A program made the translations under genes and the position numbers. Positions 58,396 to 64,000 of a DNA stretch of 64,000 bases are shown in pieces. Source of the DNA: Massalongia carnosa (Eukaryota); NCBI GenBank assembly GCA_965645245.1, contig OZ287067.1:1-64000 (forward strand). Reading direction: 5' to 3'. The notes beneath the pieces are model-generated. The model was not told where the DNA came from. It was given only the letters and a program-made list of their open reading frames with translations, and did not search any database. Within the stretch, counting starts at the first letter, position 1, and each line of letters starts with the position of its first letter.

Positions 58396-59498
58396 GACCT
58401 TCGAGATGGTGCTCTACACTCGGAGCGTTTGTGACCTTTCTTGTTACAATTCCAGCATGTAATTCCAAAGTTATCGTAAGTTTCTTCACGAGGTCTCTTG
58501 GAATTAGGCCGAGTAACAACAGCCTGTGTCGTGTTAGCGTTCTTGGGCTCATCGGGTTTAGAAGAGGTGGTTCTCATATAGGTAGAGGATCGCCGGGCGT
58601 ACGACGGCCGTGAGGATCTCTCTCCATTTTCACAACGAGATTGTGTTCTAGTAGAGGTGGTGCGAAGAAAGTCGGGTTTCGGCTCCACCCGCTCGGCCAC
58701 TCGTGCGGCTTCGATCAACTCTACACGATTCTTGCCTTGTAAGTTGGCGCGAATAATAGCTCGTTGCAAGTAGTCATGTAGGGAATGTAAGAGGTTACTA
58801 TGCTTTTGTGACTCCGAAGGCCTTTTCGGTAGTTGATCTTCGAGAGTCTCCAAGTAAGAAACCAATTCCGAGACGGATTGCCCCGGACGTTGTTTAAGCT
58901 TCTTTAATTGACCGCCGAAGTCTAATAGTCGGAGGTGTTTGGGTTTGAGTTTCTCCTGTAAAAAGTGAGTCATATGTTCCCACGTATAGGAGGGTTGGTC
59001 TGGGGTTGGTCTTTCGCGATGCTAGTCATTCGCCGGGGTGCCGTCAATAAAGTTCTTAGCATAGAGAATCTTTGCCCTGTCAGTCGCATAAGTGATGGGT
59101 TTAGTCTCGAACGTCCGTTGACATTCTCTAATGAAGGTCTCATAGTCCTTCTGATTAGTACCCGTGTAAAGCTTAGGGTCAGCAACTTTAAAGGACTTTT
59201 CGAGACTAAGAGGGTCCACTTCCTTTGCTCTGATAGGTATTGTCATAGTAGGAGGTTCTGTTGGGAAATCAGCGTCTCGTTCGGCCCTGGCCTTTTCGAT
59301 GTTAGTTGCCAATTGGGCTCGGGCGCGCTGGTCGTTGATATCATCCAACTCCTGTTGCATCTCTTCCATAGTTGGTAGTCGCTGGTCATTACCAGGCCCC
59401 TCGCCAGAGGTACGAGTTGTAGAACAATCGTCAGTTCCTTCAGGTTGGGTAATGGGGTTACCTCTAGCAGATGCAGCAGGACGATCTCGTGGTGCCAT
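58383..59498 (-). pseudogene. Gypsy-C Gag with one premature TAG at 59022-59024
   Basis: ORFs 59022-59498 and 58383-58973 are in the same frame; LKQRPGQSV; CWNCNKKGHKRSEC. Confidence 0.88.
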
Positions 59499-59538
59499 AT
59501 CGTAGTTGGATCGATCTTCGTTTTAAGACTGATCAATA

Positions 59539-59902
59539 TGTGAGGCGAAGTACGAACAGTGTGACTATATGGCTCTACAGTAGTGGTAGGACAATAGAAT
59601 AGGAGTCGCTATGGAACAGCAGTAGGTGGAGTGTAATCAATAGATTGATCAGTGGCCCTCCGAAAGAGGTGGGCGAAGGGCTGTTTATCCTATAGCCCCA
59701 CCTTGATTAGGCCACGTTCGTCAAACTAATTGCTATTACATGATTGGGCCGGTTGAGACCATCGCATGGGTGTCTTCCCACGCACCCCCTGCAGAAGTGT
59801 GCGACCGCTTCCTGTCTTATAGAAAGCTGTCCTGACAGTTTTCCATGTACTATAAAACTAGATAGACTCGCTCGCATGGGCCGGCCTTCGGCCGGTACCA
59901 CA
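59539..59902 (-). mobile_element. Gypsy-C 5' LTR (~364 bp)
   Basis: TGTG...CACA ends with an adjacent self-priming-type PBS; no partner LTR to confirm the outer end. Confidence 0.65.
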
Positions 59903-60651
59903 TCAGAATAAGAATCATCATCATCATAATTATCATCAACCACATCCACCCAAGGCCAATCAAAGGAAAATACGGCATCTGCCGGCGCACTAACCGCTTC
60001 CGTTACTCAACCCTTTTAGCAATCATAGGGGCAATCAACGGAGGTCTGAAAGGACTAAAAGGGACGCATCGGAACGACCTTCTAAAGCAAACACAAATAG
60101 ATGAAAGGGACAAAGGGCAGAAAGAATGTTTGACCAAACTGTTCACTTATTGATAAAGACACAAACAGCTGGATCGGGCAAAGCGATTATCTATATAGAC
60201 TCCTAGAGAGAGCACCTTTTGCTTGCTTCCTTTCTGCATCTTTGATATTTTCTAGTGCATAGCTTCCTAGTAGATAGACAATTCCATATCCTTGTAGAAC
60301 CGTCACACTTATAATTTAATGGAAACATTTGCATACATCCACACTCGTAATTCTAAAAGCCGAATGGGATCATACTATGCAAAAACACCTGTTTTTGGTG
60401 AGGTTTAACTAATTAGTATACATGCAAATGAGGTCTTTTTTCTCGATTCTGTAATAATGTAATCAATATTTATAAACATTATAAATGATCAATAGATCTT
60501 CTCAATATGCTCAGTTCGATTATGTCATGGAGTAGATTCAGGAGTGATTAATTTAATCAAAAAATTCGGATTCAGAGGTTCTAGCCTAGATGTAGGTCAG
60601 ATGTAAAATCTAGCCTAAAATCTGGTCCAGATCTGGTCCAGATTGAATAAT

Positions 60652-61695
60652 TCAATTAAAATCTATTTGCACCTCACCCCCATATAGCTCCTTTTCTAAT
60701 TCAATAATGTCGGCCTCGAATCTATTCCCCCCACCTCTACCACTATGACGAAAGTGCTCTTTAACGAAACGGTCACAATGGCTCCTGTCGATGGCATATC
60801 GAATTAAATCGCCGAAGGTGCCCTCAAATTCAGAGCGAATTGAGGTATAATGAGTTCTAAACCAAGCCTTTAGTACACTAAAACTCAACTCGATTGGATT
60901 GAAATCCGGTGAATAAGGGGGCAGATATCGTACTTCGCAACCGTATCCACGAATGGCCTCCTCAATGCGTGGGTTGCAATGGATAGCGGCATTATCCATG
61001 ACTATAACGCTTCGGGGGCCTGGATAAGGGGTGCAATATGGAGGTAATTCGTCGGTTATCTATTGAAAGAAACCATCTGCAATAAACCACCCCTCCTGAA
61101 TGCTCGTACATGGCAGATAGTCATCAACAGTATATGTAGAAAGAACGGTCTAATTATGACCCCTCCTAATGTCTCCCTGGTATCGAGCCGGTTACCCAAT
61201 TGGTGCGTATGCTCTCATCCTCCAACCGGTAATCTCATAGAATGCTGTTTCATCAACGCAAACCAACCGCTCTGCAGTCACATTAAGCATGCTAGCATAC
61301 CATTTTTCCCTCAATTCGTCGTTCCTACGCCTATGTCTTTGACTTTTCTTTTGACTCCATCGGCGTTTCTTTATTTCCCTAGAAACGGTTGATTGATGCA
61401 CGAATATACCCCACTCCTCCCAAAGAAACCAGACCATCTCCTTTTGTTGGGCCCGTTGCTGACGATTTAGATATTCAATCAAGGAGTCACCGGCGGCTTT
61501 AGTAATTTTGCATGCGCGACCTAGATGACGTCTTCGAGGAGTGGATATGCTACCATACATGAATAAATTCTCTTGGAAATTATAGATAGTTCGGACACTG
61601 CAATGAACCTCTTTGGCTATAGTATCCGGTCGCCAATGAAGGAATAAATATCGAATAATTCGCGATCGCATTGATAGAGGAAGGGATTCGACCAT
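60652..61695 (-). pseudogene. Tc1/IS630-family DD34E transposase with in-frame stops
   Basis: HTH-like IAKEVHCSVRTIY, VCVDET, MDNAAIH...YLPPYSPDFNPIE (34 residues between D and E); both ORF pieces are in one frame. Confidence 0.92.
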
Positions 61696-62003
61696 ATTGA
61701 CGATTAATATATATATGAGTCTATCAAATTATAATAATATGTTAGGATTTTGGTGTGGGGAATATCTAGGAAAATTAAGATTTTGGAGTATGAATTGTGG
61801 GGTCATGCTGGTGGTATGTGTTTTCATAAGCGAAATTGCAAATCATTTTGCATACGCTAATACGCTAATACTTTCCGTTCTGTGGTGTTCTGATCAAGCG
61901 AAAGTCAAATTATCAAGATTCAAGATGTTTGTAGATTCTAGAATACTACAACGGATTAATTCATAATTCTGATTTCAATTAATAGTAACAGCGATTCTTA
62001 CTA

Positions 62004-64000
62004 ATCGTCGCCTCGCTTACCTCCGGGATCCGACTTGAAAAAATGTCGACCGCATTTTAGTCGGGGAAAGCGGTTGCTTCCCGGAATGCGGTTGCATCCC
62101 CCCAAATTCAAATTTCTTCACCTTTTTTATTATTGACCAACAACCACATTGATTAAAAATCAGCCGATACCGTACATAGCTTGAAAATTATTTCTCCGAC
62201 CCAACTGATCATCAATTCAAATTCTTTCCTCTCGAATCAATCCCCCAAACCAATCTCCGCTTTCGTTTCATGGATAACGACGCCTCCCTTGTCTCCACTC
62301 TCAACCCCATGGAAAGATTGGAAAAGGCGAAGGAATTTCTGACAAATCATCCCAAAGAAAATAAAACGACTGCAGCTAGAATATACAATATCAACGTCAA
62401 AACTTTGACGTCTTCCATTCGTCGACCAGAAGGGAGGAAAAATGGAGGACAAAATCAGATACTGAGGGAGCATGAGGCAAGGTTAATTACTGGCTTTATT
62501 AAGTCCTTACTGATGCATGGAATTCTTCCTACACATCAGATGGTTTTCAAGGCTATTGTAAGTCTGAAAAGGCCCATAACCCCCTCGAGTTAGGCCCGTC
62601 AAGAAGATGGTTTCGGAGCTGGTGGAAATATAACAAACTTCATAAAATAAATACAAAACCACTAATAATTATTCGTTATGAAGCTGCCCAAGAATCAGAT
62701 GTGATAGAATTGTTTGAAAGGTATAGAGAGGTGTTGAAAGAGTTGAAAATTCGAAAAAGTCGGAACATTTTGAATATTGATGAAGCTGGTTTTCGGGTTG
62801 GATGCATGAGGGGTCAGGAAATAATTGTTCCTGAGGAAATCAAACAATTCTACGCCGTCAGCCCGGAAAATCGCAGATCTCCGACAGTTATTGAGACTAT
62901 CAATGCTGCCGGCGACTATCCCCCCCTCCAATGATCATCGTACAGGGTCATGACATCATGGCCACATGGTTATTAGAAGGTGTGCCCGAGGGCACGTATG
63001 TCGTGCCCTCTAACAGTGGTTTTACATCTGATAAGATAGCAATTGAATATTTGAAGCATCTTATCAAACATACAAATGCAGGAACTGATGCGGAATGGCA
63101 ATTATTGCTGATAGATAATAATGGCAATTATACAACCCCTGAATTTTCACTTTTGGCCAATGAGAATCGCATTCGACCCTTTCCCTTTATACCGCATTTA
63201 ACTCATTGCAGGCAACCATTAGATGTGGGCGTATTTCAGCCTTATAACCATTGGCATTGCAAAGCTATTGAGGAAGTCGTTGCGTCGTCATTTGTCGAGT
63301 ATTCTCTGTCTCAATTTATACAGGACTTGACTAAAATCAGAAATCATACATTCAAGACTTCTACGATTCGGCATGCATTTGAAAAGTCGGGAATGTGGCC
63401 GATTGATCCAAAGGCATGCATTCGTCAGCTGAAAAATTTCAATCCTAATGATCCCAATGATTCATTAAACAGTCTGAATAATGAGCCCTCATTACCTCTA
63501 CCCCTACCTCGTCAAATCCAACCGACAAAAGTAGCTGACATTGAGTATGGTTTGAGTCAATGGGGACCGAAAATCAGAAACTCCATGCAATAGAGTGATC
63601 CCGCTCGGGCTGAGGAATGGGACTCATTTGTAGACAATACAAATGAAGTTGTTTCGAATGCGATTATCGATGGCACGGAGCTTAAAATGCATCGAGAATC
63701 GAGAAGAAGTCAGTTAAATAACAGACGAATGTCTCGTAAACGTCTGAGACCAGAAACCGGAAGACTGGGAATCACAGCGGAAGATGCAAAGCAGGCTTTA
63801 GCCATCAGACTACAACAGGATTAAGAGGCTGAGGAGAAACGAGCGAATAATAGCTTCATGAAGCTATGGCGAAAAGAAAGAGACGAAATGCATGTCAAGG
63901 GATTGGCTGCTCGAAAAGCAGAAAGCGATCGAGTTAAACAGCTGAAAGAAATGCAGAAAATGCACGGTCCCATTCCAATTAAGATGTATGAGAAGATTCC
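62004..64000 (+). mobile_element. pogo/Fot1-like transposon with a disrupted transposase (from 62270), running off the window
   Basis: LNIDEAGFRVG, LLIDNNGNY, PHLTHCRQPLDVGVFQPY; starts after TA at 62002-62003. Confidence 0.88.

Larger units (their letters stand above)
53977..59935 (+). mobile_element. Probable non-LTR (LINE/SINE-like) insertion with 5' tandem repeats and an (ATC)n tail, interrupted by Gypsy-C
   Basis: 12-bp direct repeat TCAACCACATCC at 53965-53976 and 59936-59947; aatcatcatcatcataattatca tail just before the second copy. Confidence 0.62.
53956..60307. mobile_element. Solo LTR (~390 bp: 53956-53976 + 59948-60307) split by a nested insertion
   Basis: TGTCACG...CGTCACA ends; TSD CTTAT at 53951-53955 and 60308-60312. 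Confidence 0.75.
46208..61860. mobile_element. Two-gene Tc1/IS630-like DNA transposon with ~140-bp TIRs, expanded by nested retroelements
   Basis: T(G/T)AGCGTATGCAAAATG... left end and its reverse complement at ~61720-61860; TA on both sides; left TIR split by Gypsy-B. Confidence 0.88.

Noticed and set aside
1..64000. Starship-type giant element, rRNA or tRNA genes
   Set aside because: No tyrosine-recombinase captain-like ORF or recognisable structural RNA gene was seen by eye. The many short antisense ORFs in the track shadow TE genes.

Overview
This window is a filamentous-ascomycete chromosome end. It starts with (CCCTAA)28 and continues as a subtelomere made almost entirely of nested transposable elements, many with readable termini and target-site duplications (TSDs). 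Elements present: two pogo/Fot1-like relics, a split Tad1-like LINE, two Mutator-like elements, a hAT transposase relic, two Ty1/copia elements, three Ty3/gypsy elements (one apparently intact), several solo or partial LTRs, a probable non-LTR insertion, and a two-gene Tc1/IS630-like (DD34E) element with ~140-bp TIRs. Non-TE content is limited to a telomere-linked RecQ helicase relic and broken NLR-like or ankyrin genes (NACHT-ankyrin with highly conserved repeats, NB-ARC-TPR, and a further ankyrin gene). The most notable signals are: the two-gene Tc1-like element with an unknown partner protein; a co-varying -1 frameshift hairpin and Tf1-type self-priming sites in the gypsy elements; a candidate gag stop-readthrough signal and a hairpin array in the copia elements; a 96-bp TSD-flanked mini-insert; and a telomere joined directly to a broken LTR. 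All calls were made by eye with no database searches, and boundaries without a TSD are approximate.
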